Below the pieces are notes generated by a model. The model was not told the origin of the DNA and made no database searches. It was given only the letters and a program-made list of their open reading frames with translations. A stretch of DNA of 64,000 nucleotides from assembly GCA_002269645.1 (NCBI GenBank), contig NIVC01001427.1:160761-224760 (forward strand), in the 5' to 3' direction. The stretch comes from Macrostomum lignano (taxonomy: Eukaryota). The first letter of the stretch is position 1. Every line of letters starts with the position of its first letter. Of this stretch, positions 14,648 to 26,509 are shown piece after piece. The position numbers and the translations under genes are program-made.

Positions 14648-15132
14648 GACTTACTTGACTTAGCTGCAGGGGGCTTCGCGCGTCCGGAAACAGCGAGGAG
14701 GCGTTGCCGCCCATTTCGCTAGCCCCTGGCGACCACGGGCAGCTAGTGCTGCGGTGTCGCGCAGGGAGTTCCGGTGGTGCCGGCGTCCGCAGCGCGGTCC
14801 CCCTCCGGAGTGTCCAGGAGGTGGATGTTCGCTCGCCCAGTAGCCCTTAGGTAGCGGACGAGCTGGCAGAGATTCTCGGGCCTGAAAACGTCGGAGAGGT
14901 CCGGGTTTGGGCCGAGGTAGGTGAGCCTGTCCTGAGTAAAGGCGGGGCATTCACAGATGAAGTGCTCCGCATTCTCGACACCGGAGAGGCAGAAAGGGCA
15001 TTCCTCACTGCGGATTTTCTCCTGGAGGTAACGATGCCTGGCAAAGCAGCCATGACCCGAGAGGGCCATGGTCACCGCCCTGATGTCCCTGCGGTTAAGT
15101 CCAAGCAGGGCCCTGCGTAGGGCGGAGGAGGG
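14648..15132 (-). mobile_element. 5'-truncated copy of a related LOA/R1-type LINE subfamily
   Basis: Encodes LSGHGCFARH...CPFCLSGVENAEHFICECP, homologous to the ORF2 C-terminus of the large element. Same tail CTGCAGCTAAGTCAAGTAAGTC. Perfect 13-bp TSD TGGCAGTCCGCTT at 14635-14647 and 15133-15145. Confidence 0.92.
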
Positions 15133-15892
15133 TGGCAGTCCGCTTAGTTCTTCAGAAGCTTCTAGAGTTCGTTTTTTAGCTCGGAAGACCAATGATCGCG
15201 TCGGTTCGGTTTGTGACTGCTGCCTCTCATGGAATGGACTATTCAAAACATTTAGCAAGTTTTACAAGACAGACTTTACATTACGGACAGACGTAAAATC
15301 CGCGTAAGTTTTCCGCGTTCACAGGTCTTCTGGATAGAAACTACCGACAAACGGAACTACTAAGGTAACACTTCAAGGAATTGACTGAAGTGGGTCTACT
15401 TGGGCCTTAAAAAAACAACTGAGCACGTGTTGCATGTAACGAGCGAACCTCTATCGCTCCATCGATGAAAACCTGTGTGTACTTGTGGATATTTGATAGT
15501 ATATGTTAAATATCGAATATAGGATAGTGGAGATTGAGTATGAACTGGAGTTTAATCATCGGTGAAAGTGCACAGCAGAAGATGCTTCCATGCAGCGAAT
15601 GACCCGTGTATTATGACCGTAAATGAGTTTTTAATTGCGCTCATTTATAGATTGAACTGCTTGGCGTTACTGTATTTTAGGCGACGCTGGATATTTATTT
15701 AGGTGTCATTGTAAAATTTTTAGCTTTTCTCAGCTCGTTTCCAGTCTAGATGAGTTCACGGAGCTCCTACGAGTACTTTAGCCTTATCAGTCATCAAGGG
15801 ATTCTAATTCTAATGGGAATTGTCAGCAGTCAGTTTGCAGCTCCTGGTTAACATAGGTAATGCTCCTGTCAGAGAAATCTATTGAGCAGCCG

Positions 15893-17342
15893 TCAATGAC
15901 CAATGCAATCGGCGAATAGGGTGAGCAGTCTCAGTCGAACCCAGCCGTGCTCACTGCCTACACTGGCAGCAGCTACTGTGGAGCAGTTGCTTCCGCCACA
16001 GAAGGAGCCACCGCCGCCTCCGGCATGCTGCGGACTCACTCCAGCTCCACCTCCGCAGTAGCCGCCGCCGCCGCCGCCCGCCCCAGTCGAAGAAGCTCCT
16101 CCGCCCCCACCGAATCCGCCATGGCCAGCGCTGCCGGCTCCGGCGCTGCCGCCGATCCAGCCTGCAGTGCGGCCGCTTCCTCCCTCGCCTTGTTTCTCAT
16201 CGGTTCTCCCTCAAGAAGCGCTGTCCATCCAGCCAGCTCCGCAGCCACCTGCGTCCTGAGAGCTATTAGCCGGACCATTGCTTCCTGGGTTGCCGCCAGC
16301 TCCTCCAGATCCCCTTTTGTCGTTGTCATTGCCAATCGAATCGCCTCCTTGGATGTTAATCTCCGTTCCACCTAAAACAAATTCGATCTTATTGGATTTC
16401 AGCTGTAAACTTAGCAGCGTCTTGTCGAAATAAAATTTACCTTGGTTGAAGCGCGAGGCGCCTCCGCCTCCGCCCGCCGCGATCAGAAGCTCGCTGTTGT
16501 CACTCCGGTACGCGAAGCTGCCTCCACCTCCGCCAGCTCCTGAGTTTTTATCGTTGACCGAGCCTCCAGACTGGCCAACCACAATGACCAGCTGGGTGCC
16601 GGCGCTCAGGTTGAAGCTGCCAGCAGTGAAGGCGCCGACGCCTCCGAGCTTGGACTCGAAGGAATTCGCTCCACCATTCGCTCCCGCGGCTTCGATGCGA
16701 TAGCAGCCTGTCAGGATGATTTCCATCGTCTGGATTGAACCGTTTCTTCCCGTGCTGCTGTCTGCAACCATCGGGTTCGAGCTTATGTTTAATTACTATT
16801 TAAAGCTTATCAAGATCGATGGCACACTTGCATCCGCTCATTACTCACTCGAGAAAGTCCTGGTGAATGCAGACGCGTTCAGAGCTCTAGACTGGATCAG
16901 CTCACGCAGATCCTTCGCAGTCCACGTCCGAGCTCCGGGCTCCGACCCGAGCAGTCTCTTCACGTGGCTCTCCGGAGATCCAGGGACCTGAGACGCGTCA
17001 TTCACGATGGCGAGTTGGCAGACGCTGTCCGTCTCGATGACAACGGCCACCGCGCAGTGGCGCATTCGGCACAACATCAGGCAGCTGGGCACAGAAGCGA
17101 CACCCGTGATGTTATGAGCTTGCTGCTGGTGGTTGCGTTAAGGAGAAGGGCGCCGTCATGGGGTAGGTAGTTCACGCTGCAGGCTGCAAGGTGCAGTTAA
17201 ATCAATAAGCCTCGACGTTAATCATGAAATTAATGTCATTAAAAAGCTTGACTGCATGCATATTGCAATCCAAAAAATAACCTTGTCCGACTCCAATCAG
17301 CAAAGGTTGAATCGCAAGCACCAGCCATAACACTGCGACCAT
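15893..17342 (-). pseudogene. Secreted PAN-like + ALK/LTK-type glycine-rich domain protein, disrupted
   Basis: Exons 17282-17342 (signal peptide MVAVLWLVLAIQPLLIGVGQ), 16849-17183, 16441-16761, 15893-16371. Gly-rich motifs GSIQ..EI..TGCYRIEAAGANGG, LVIVVGQSGG, AAGGGGG, GGFGGGGG, GGGGGYCGG, HGWVRL. One-base frameshift near 17112 and in-frame TGA at 16211-16213. Confidence 0.75.
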
Positions 17343-17942
17343 TTTTCCGTCTGTCAGATATGCCATGGACTCGTGATGCAGCAATCGTGTGTTTTGCAGA
17401 GGTTTTCGGAGCGGGGCTGTCTCTCGCTTCGAGGCCTACTCTTAATATACTTGTATTAAAGAAGGTCTGTGATTGATGTCACTAATGATTCTGTAGCCAG
17501 TTGAATGAGGGCAGAAGTTCAATCTGCTAAAATGCTCATATACGAGTGTGACTGGTGACATGTGACTTGAGGTGACTTGATGTGGCATGTAAACTCAAAA
17601 ATGCTTATATTCAAAGACGACATATGAATTCACAAAAATGAATTCATTCTAGTCGGCGCGAACTATTTGCAAATAAGAACCTCATCCTTACAATTGAGAA
17701 GACCCTTCAACTGAGATGACAGATCACATCAGGTCACCTAGCCTGAGTTCAAGCTGAATTCGAAGTACGAAAATCGCATATATACACTACATCGTTGAAA
17801 CTTAAATTGTGTACCAGCGACTATGTTTGACATGTTGTATTTTATATTAAGTACTATAAAAGTTGAAAGGTTTAACATGCTGTCAGTATCGCTCCTGTCT
17901 CCTATCGCGCTATCTATCTATCTGCTTCGTGGCTTGCTGAGC

Positions 17943-18449
17943 CAGGGAGTCAGGGACTATACTTAAACTAGGGACGGGAAACTGGCCAAAAACTGGCTTG
18001 AAAAAAGTTGGCTGGCTAGAGTTTGTTTCGTCTTCAGCTACGCTCGTCATTCATTATATCAGGCTCTATCAGTCATCAGACAGACTAAAGCCAAGCCTTC
18101 GTTGCATGCTCATGCAATTGATACACAAGTGTTATAGTGATGCGTTTTATACCATATAGACAACAAGCCGTCTGACTGCAGATTTTTTTAGGCATTCTCT
18201 ATACAAAACACTGTGAAAAAATGGGGTTCTGTGTACAAAAAAGCTCACACTGCTCCTCTCAGAATGAAGATTGACAAACATCGAGTAGTGCAGTGCAGCT
18301 TGTAGAGGGATAAATTTTGTACAGGAAGGCGAAGTAAACAGCTTTCTACGCTCAATAATAAATTCTAGGGAGTAATAGAAAAAACCAGCCTCCAACTATT
18401 TTCTGCATGATTTGGCCAGTTTCTCGTCCCTAGTTTAAGTAGTCCCTGC
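17943..18449. mobile_element. MITE / non-autonomous DNA transposon
   Basis: About 40-bp inverted repeats CAGGGACTA(TA)CTTAAACTAGGGACGRGAAACTGGCCAAA at 17951-17990 and 18412-18449; CTGAGC on both flanks as a possible TSD; no ORF. Confidence 0.65.
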
Positions 18450-19329
18450 TGAGCTTCATCTTGCTCTGGTAGAAAGCATGCATGTATGTTTGTGCGATTC
18501 TCACAGTTTTTTAGCGTCGTACAGCCTGACAGCCTAAACCATCGGTACATGTAAATTGCAGCCCTTTCACTTTAACTGGTGCTTTTGACCTAGATGTACA
18601 CATACTATGTATAAATTTAGGACATGTGCATGTGCGAGACTGCATGCATTGCAATGCCTTTGCCTTTTAACAATTTGTTTTTTCTCAATTACATTCATAA
18701 ATTTGTTAACCTTAAGTCTTGTACGCCTTTTCTTTTTAGGACCTTCTGTAATATTCTGTCACGGGGCCCCTGCATGCGCATCGCGCTACATATGTAACAG
18801 TAGTGTATTTTATAAAGAATACATTGTGAGGGTCTCCGGCCAAAATATGCATGAAAGAGACATAAGTGTAATGATTTAGATTTAAAATTGATGAAAATCA
18901 ATCGCTGATCTCTGTCAATAGTGGGAAACCACACTCATTCAGTTTTGTTGCAATGTCCGGATTGGGTCCTGCTACATAGCTTTACGGTCAACTTTAAAAT
19001 AAGCTAAACTTTAAGCAGGAAGAGAATACTTGAGAATAGGATAAATATTTTTCAACAAAAAAATTTACGAAGATTTTTAGGTACAATACGCTCTTGGAAA
19101 CTAAATTTATCATGTCTAATTTAGTTTAAACACTAACTTTTTTTGAACTCTAAACTTTGCTAGAAATAATCTAGATCTAGATCCAAATCATGGATGGTTG
19201 TCTGCCAATCTACAAACATTCAAACATTATGTAATACAAATTTAATTGGACGCTAATATAGAAAACTGCCAAATACAACTTTCTATCGCAGATGCCTTGA
19301 TTTTTCAAGAAAAGTCTGAATATATTGTC

Positions 19330-21874
19330 ATGTCGGCATCGTCATCATCGAACTTAGTTGACAAAGTTGTCCGAATAAAAATTTCACGTGGACTCAACGA
19401 CGAAGTTACAGTTGATCCCGAGAATTTCGAAGATTATAACTTGTTTGATAAGTCAAATCTACCAATCCGATTTCATGATATATACAAAGAAAAAAAGACC
19501 ATCATTGTGTTTTTGAGGGTAAGTTTTTAGTATATTTTATATTATACATGTATTTTTAGGCAGTTGTTATTGTTATGGTGACCATATAAACAAAAAATGT
19601 TTTTTTGTAGGCCTATAGTCAACACATTAAACAGTTACTATCTAAACTAGGTAACGAAATTGTGAGTGTGTATATAATATGAGGCTATAAATACAGTAAT
19701 TAAAAAATAAAGAAATGAGTTTTTAATTATTGATAGGGGGCCTACAATGTGACTAGGTGACTGGTGGTTCATATAATTGACTTTAACTAGCTTAAATTTT
19801 GAACCTAACTTTAAATGTTTATGAAAATTCTTCCAACATAAAAATAGCCATTTTGCTTCTAATTAAAAATAGATATTTTTTTAAACCAAGTGTAAAGTTG
19901 CCAACTTTTTGGCCAACTTAAGTTGCCAACTTAAAAAAAAACTATTAGAATTTTTATTTTGGCATACACTTATTATAATCTAGACTATAGGGTCATATAC
20001 TTTGTAGTAAATGATAAAAGCTGCCTTTTTATTGAACCAACCTCTACTTTGTTCTTTTTCAAAGCTTTCAACTATCTGCTATACCCCTAGATATTCTATA
20101 ATAAGCTTATTAGTATTATGTATAATTATGATAGCCTAGTAATATTCTTATACTATTGGCAATATTGATAATACTTTTTGGGTATTAAATATCAGAAGCC
20201 TTATAAGTCTATACTTTTAAAAGTATTAGACTTTATTAACTTCTAATACAATTTTTCAATTTTCCAATAGTTTAACAGTCCTATACCATTCCCATTGAAC
20301 CCAGTTGGAATAAGTGGACAAATAGTCAAAGAACTAAGCAATTTAATTTGTTTAGTGATAGCTGCCTATACATTTTTTGAAAATGTTATATGCATCTTAA
20401 TATATACTTGGTTTAAACAACTTAACCTATGTAGCTATGGTCAATGCTTAGAAAAATGATAGAAGATTGCATCTAAATAATAAAATTACCTTCTCTGATA
20501 TTTTTGTACTAAAGAAAATGATTTACCTTTTTTATATTTAGAAAACTAAAGAAAGCTAATCCTCATCAAACACTTTAGCACCCACAGTGCTTTGCTGCCA
20601 AAGAGTACATGGAGGACTTGGCAACAATACCTGATGGTGTCCTGCAGCAAGCCAACGTTCAACTTGTTGCGGTTGTGCCCAGCATGCCTGAGCTGCTGTC
20701 GGTATGTCTGATTTGTGTTGCTTTTCATGAGTTTCACCATTGCTGTTCTTGTCTTTATTTATCAAATTGCTTAAATATTTTTCCTAGCTGAGAGCAATTC
20801 AACACTTTGCAGGTGTTCAAAGAGGAGACTGGCTTTAGGCATGCACTTTACTGCGACCCCAGTGCTAACATCTACAGAAAAATTGGCTTTAAATGCGGAG
20901 TTGTGCCGCATGACCAATGTGAGTTATTGAGAACTGCATGATAACACTTGAAAAAGGACCGCATATTTGAAATAGCTCTCTAATCCTCTCCCAGACCCTC
21001 AGTTGCTGGGCCACTCACCCTCCCAGATGCTTAGTTGCTGGCCAGCCACTCTCTCACTCTCTCAGATCCTCAGTTGCTGGCCAGCCACTCTCTCACTCTC
21101 TCAGATCCTCAGTTGCTGGCCAGCCACTTTCTCACTCTCTCAAATCCTCAGTTGCTGGCTAGCCACTCTCTCACTCTCTCAGATCCTCAAGTTTCTGGCC
21201 AGCCACTCTCTCATTCTCTCAGATCCTCAGTTGCTGGCTAGCCACTCTCTCACTCTCTCAAATCCTCAGTTGCTGGCTAGCCACTCTCTTACTCTCTCAG
21301 ATCCTCAGTTTCTGGCCAGCCACTCTCTCACTCTCTCAGATCCTCGGTTGCTGGCCAGCCACTCTCTCAATCTCTCAGATCCTCAGTTGCTGGCCAGCCA
21401 CTCTCTCACTCTCTCAGATCCTCAAGTTGCTGGCCAGCCACTCTCTCACTCTCTCAGATCCTCAGTTGCTGGCCAGCCACTCTCTCACTCTCTCAGATCC
21501 TCAGTTGCTGGCCAGCCACTCTCTCACTCTCTCAGATCCTCAAGTTGCTGGGCCGGCCATCCCAGATCCTCACTCTCAGCAACAGACCCGCCGCCCCTGA
21601 ACGCCCAGCAGACCCGGTCAACAACAAGCACGTGAAGTCCAGCTGGATGTTAGGCGTCCTGCGCAGCACCTACCGCACGGCCGTGCTTTACCGGGACTTC
21701 AACGCCGACATGCTGGTGAACGGCGGCTGCCTGGTGCTGGGGCCGGGCCGGCAGCTGCACTGCAGCCACCTGGACAACGGCATGTTCGACCAGATGCCCA
21801 TCAACAGCCTGCTGGAGCGAGTCTGCGGAGTCACCATGAGCTTCCCCAAGGACCGGCGCGTGCTGCACCTCTGA
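19330..21874 (+). CDS. PRXL2C: Peroxiredoxin-like 2C / AAED1 (AhpC-TSA antioxidant enzyme family)
   Basis: Exons 19330-19518, 20579-20701, 20813-20918, about 21609/21612-21874. IVFLRHPQCFAAKEYMEDLA, LYCDP..IYRKIG, GGCLVLGPG..LH..H, PINSLL match the family pattern. Confidence 0.85.
20995..21545. repeat. Intronic minisatellite, 39-bp unit
   Basis: CAGATCCTCAGTTGCTGGCCAGCCACTCTCTCACTCTCT repeated about 14 times in PRXL2C intron 3. Confidence 0.95.
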
Positions 21875-22638
21875 TTCACCGAGGCTGTCATCAATTTTTT
21901 CAGGTCTGCTGCGTTTATTGACAAATTTGTATTGCGGTAAGCAAAAAGTCAAGTCCTAGTTAGTCAGCAAGATTTCCAGTATTCTCATCATTTGTGTTTC
22001 TCTGATAGATTTTAAATACAAGTGCAATGAAGTATTGTTTTGTTCGGCAGTAAATAAAATATCTTTAATTGCATTAAGCTCTTTGATTCATTTCTCTCAT
22101 CTCTCATCTCTTCTCTCCCGTCTCTCCTCTCATCTTCTCTTACCGTATTTTGTGTCTGCTCTCTTCTCCTTTATTCCCTCGCCTCGCCTGTTCCCTCCCT
22201 CTCCTCCCGTTCTGGAGAGCACTTTTGCCAGACGCGGTCTCTCACTAATGGGCAGCTGCAGCTAAATGCACTTCATGCAGCGATAGGACAAATGTGCCAT
22301 ACTGGGCTCTGGTTCATTTCTAAGATATCGAATGCAATGTCCTGCTTCATTATTGTCACTAGAATAGTGGTGCACTTGAATTCCACTCACTCTAGTACGT
22401 GCAAATACTTGCTACTGTAAGTTTAGGTCTGTTTCATGTTTATACAGTAATGGTTTTAATAAAGATGCATGATGTAAAGAATTTCAAACTGAAAACGAAG
22501 ACTATAGAGCTTTTCAGTTTTATTAACTTCCTGTAGGAAAAGATCTGGCCATGCAGCCAAGCTACACGCGCGTCAGAATGTGAAATTAAATGAAATCATA
22601 CTATGCATGCTTTCATTGCATTTTGAGCTGGCTAAAGG

Positions 22639-23236
22639 TCACGGGTGGCTCTTCGCAGCCAGAGGCGGTGGGAAGCCTATAAATGTTCTTTTCAGGCCGT
22701 GGAATAAAGGCGCTTGAGTTTCCTGCTGGCGTAACTCCACCTTCAGATCGGATTTCTCCCGGACTATTGAACACCTTCCGGGTTCAGTCGGGGCCTGACG
22801 CTGTCGCTGGTCGGTGCATTCGCTTTCAGCCGGCTGCAGTGGCTGCTGCTGACTGTCCAGTCTGAGGACTGCCATTCTTTTCGTCAGCTCGTCAACCTGA
22901 GCCGCTTCGAACTGCAGTCGAAATCGATCAAACTGTACCGATCTGCTCGTTTAAATTTCAATAAACTAAATAGCCTCGATCAGCTCCTTACCTGACGCCG
23001 ACGGACTTCGGTAGAATCCTCCACGAGCTGTCCACCGTGCCGCAGCTGATTCGCCCACAGTCTAGCAGTGAGCTGCTCAAATATTCAAAGGATTTATCAC
23101 TATTCAAAAGAGGCTTTAAGGTCATCCAGCTACACGTTTTGCTAGGGATACAGGCTGGAAGTGTGGCGAGACTTACACAGAGCTGGTAACAGTGCGAATT
23201 TCGCGGTGGCAACGGCGGCTGCATGGTGTCTGACAT
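22639..23236 (-). CDS. Hypothetical three-exon orphan gene, 137 aa
   Basis: Exons 23177-23236, 22992-23072, 22639-22911; donors GTAAGT and GTAAGG, CAG acceptors, all phase 0, open to a stop. No recognisable domain. Confidence 0.35.
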
Positions 23237-23375
23237 TCTGACACGGCGAGAACTGTTGAACTCGGGGCGGCCTTAATTGCATAATAAATTATGCACCAGC
23301 TGTAGATAATGGCTCACTTCCACGTTGCCGATGCCAACTGCGTTTCGTGATAGACTTTGCAGCACTACATGTATG

Positions 23376-23415
23376 TCAAGGACAACTTGATAACTAGTTA
23401 TCAAGTTGTCCTTGA
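23376..23415. repeat. Perfect 40-bp palindrome flanked by a TGTATG direct repeat
   Basis: TCAAGGACAACTTGATAACTAGTTATCAAGTTGTCCTTGA equals its own reverse complement; TGTATG at 23370-23375 and 23416-23421. Confidence 0.9.
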
Positions 23416-25550
23416 TGTATGTACTACTTCAAACGCAATTGATAATTACGAGTATATGATTAACTAATTCAAGCCATAGACAGCTGGACCAAATGAATGT
23501 ATAGAGTAGTGCATTTTATCGGATCCCGTTCATGTACATTTTTGAGCTCCATGGTGGGTCATATTTAGATAGAAATGGGTCTGGGTCTTTATCGAGTGAC
23601 TGTTCTTGGTCATGACCACGAGCTACATGTATAACTTAAAGTTTCATTGTACAGTAGTCAAGCCGACAGTCGATCCACAGCCGTTGTCACGCACGTTTCG
23701 CGCTGATGAGCAACTCACCCGCTAGCTCAACTTGAGCAGAAAACGGAACACTTTAGAGGTAGTGAAAGGACGAAGGAATTATATTATGAGCACCTGGTGC
23801 GACGCCTTCGGCGAAATCATCTCTTAGTGCGATATGGATCCAGGATTTTTCCGGGAGTCATTCACCCTCTAATTTTTTCGAACCCCTAGACTTCCCTGAA
23901 TCTGGATTCAAGCCCTGCTAATGTATATGGCCGGCCACAAGGTAGAAGTTGATTGCATCTCTCTATTGCAATTTTTGCGCCAGGCACGATTTTCTAAACA
24001 AAGCTTCCTAAGCCCTGCGTGTCTACTCGTAGAGTCTTCGCGTGACAGCCCATGTCTCGTAAATACTTTAAAGCCAGGTTCGGACACTTACACTTACTCG
24101 AAAGCGTGGATCACAATTAAGCCGCAGACCACTCTTTTATCAGAAAAGGCCACGACAAAAAAAACTTTAGAAATTAAAAATTAATAAATCAGTCAACTAC
24201 AGCCTTGATCAAAGTGACTGCCCCCGCTTTCACTGGTGGTGCCTCTTGTCACTCTCTCCTTGATGTACTCTATTGAAGTCTTCTAATCTTGTTCCTTTGA
24301 GGACTTGTTTCACTTTGGGGAAGAGGTCCAACTCTACAAGCTGTCTTTGGCTTTGGCTCACTGGAAACGCCTTGTGCGATGTGGCAGTGTAGTGATGTAG
24401 CAACCAGCCATTGTTCTCCCATTGTTCGCAATATGTAAAATAGATGCTTTGACTTTAACTTTGAATTTGACGATCTTTGACATTGTCCCGCTTCCAATTT
24501 GAAATAAGCATACACAGCAAGCAGGTCAATGACACTGTTTGATCTATATGATACTATGATAGATAATTGATTTATTTATTTAATTTCTGTTCTAATGTAC
24601 AAAAATTAAATCGGTTTTTAGTAGTTGTCGCCTTGAGTCCAGCAAAAGTAAAAAAATAATTAAGCAAACAATATGCCAGCTACAGATAATTATGAATTAA
24701 TAATTTTAGTCACGTGACAGCAGCCATGGCACACAGCTGCTGGATAGCGGTATATATAAGTCCAGAAGCAAGTTAAGTTAGTATGCAGTCAGTTGCGGAT
24801 TTGAACTGCTCAATTAAAAGCCACCTCTTCGACCAGTGGCTCCAGTGAATCTTCGAGCAGTTCAAATTCCGACACTGATACTCTCGACAGATTAAGCAGA
24901 AAAAACAGGCCAGATAGCTGTGTATAACGGATTTTCTATTTTTAATGTACAAACAAAAATGTTTTCGAAATCTAGCATTTGTAAATAAATAAATATAACG
25001 CATAGACCACCGATGAAAAACGGTAACCCAGGACAAGAAGCGTCTCAGAGTCGTTGCAGGTAACACAGGTAAAATAGGAAAGAACTGACTCTAAAGTCAT
25101 CTAAGAGAAGAAAGACTCTGTTAAGTCTACTTGAGTAAGTAGAATGTTAAGCGCTAACAATGACTCTTGTACGACTCTTCCGTGACTCAACAGTACAATC
25201 GTTTTGAGTCCTTAAAACAGTCGCCCCAGAGTGCGTTGTTTGCAATGAATTCTTGAACGATTCTTGTCCCAGTAACGTTTTTAACGCATAGGAGAAAGAT
25301 TACAAATATACTATTAATAGATGTTCTACTAGCAATCTACGCCCCCCGTTGGGGAGCCAAAGAAATGCAATACACGTTTTTTTAATAAGCTAAATGTATC
25401 CTTGAAATCTTAAAAAATCTCCTGTCAAACCTTGTAAGCCTTGACTTGTCAGTTATCCCACCACAAGCTTTAACATATCAACTTCCCCCCTTGACATCTC
25501 AGCAATGCCCCCAATAAGCCTTGGAAATCTAAAAATATCTGTCAACCTTC

Positions 25551-25593
25551 TAACCCTAACCCTAGCCTAACCCTAACCCTAACCCTAACCCTA
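25551..25593. repeat. Interstitial telomere-like (CCCTAA)n, about 7 units
   Basis: TAACCCTAACCCTAGCCTAACCCTAACCCTAACCCTAACCCTAA; degenerate echo at about 25968-26015. Confidence 0.8.
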
Positions 25594-26509
25594 AAGCATT
25601 GAAATTTCAGTAATTCTCTCTAAGAGTCATTATAGCACTACTACAGCATTATAGCGATTCCTTGCAAGCCTCAACATCGTAGGGATTCCCCAATGAATCT
25701 CTTAACTTCGACATGAAGCTTCTTTTATTCTTTACATTACGCTTTTTTATCAGCGATCCCTCCCCTGAGGAGGCATCAAATAATGTAATAAAAAGTTTTC
25801 AATAAACTACATGTAGCTTCTGACTTTAGCCTTGAAATCTCATTTATACCCCCGTGAGCCTTGACATCTCAGCTATTCCCCCCGTAAGCCTTGACATGTC
25901 AGCTATTCCCCCCCGTAAGCCTTGAAATCTAAAAAATCCCCTGTTAACCTTGAAACCCGATAAAATATAACCCTCAACCCACACCTGACCTAAACCTAAC
26001 TTTAACCCAACCTAAAGCCTTGAAATCTCAGCAATTCTTCTCCCCTAAGCCTTGACATTTTAGTGATTCTTTCTTTAAGAATCACAGCACTATAACGATT
26101 TCCACCAAGCTTTGACATCGTAGCAATTCCCAAATGAATCTTTTAACTTCGACATGACTTTTCTTTTATGTATAAATAGTGCTACTTTTATTTTTTACAT
26201 GACTTTTCTTCTATCAGCGCCCCCCCCCGTGACGAGCCAACAAAGAATGCAATAAAAAATGGAGTAAAGTACATGAACTTTGAAGTAGCTTCTGACTTTT
26301 GCTTTGACATCTCAGAAACCCCCCCCCCGTAATCTCAGTTATTCTCTGAGAGCCTTTGCGTCTCAGTTTTTCTCCCCAGCACAGCATTATAGTTGCATTT
26401 AATTTTTACATGAACCCTTCATGTCTGACATGACGTTTCTTTTATTCTACCGTGACGCTTCTTAATTTTTTAAATGACACTTTCATTAGTTTTAAATGAG
26501 GCTTCTATG

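Noticed and set aside
16211-16213. Selenocysteine recoding of the in-frame TGA
   Set aside because: Not a redox motif, no SECIS recognised, and the gene has a second lesion.
16036-16371. ORF-track protein MERRLTSKEAIRL.. and other GC-rich shadow ORFs over NBS1 and DDX54
   Set aside because: Alternative frames or antisense of exons whose correct frame is fixed by conserved motifs and splice phase.
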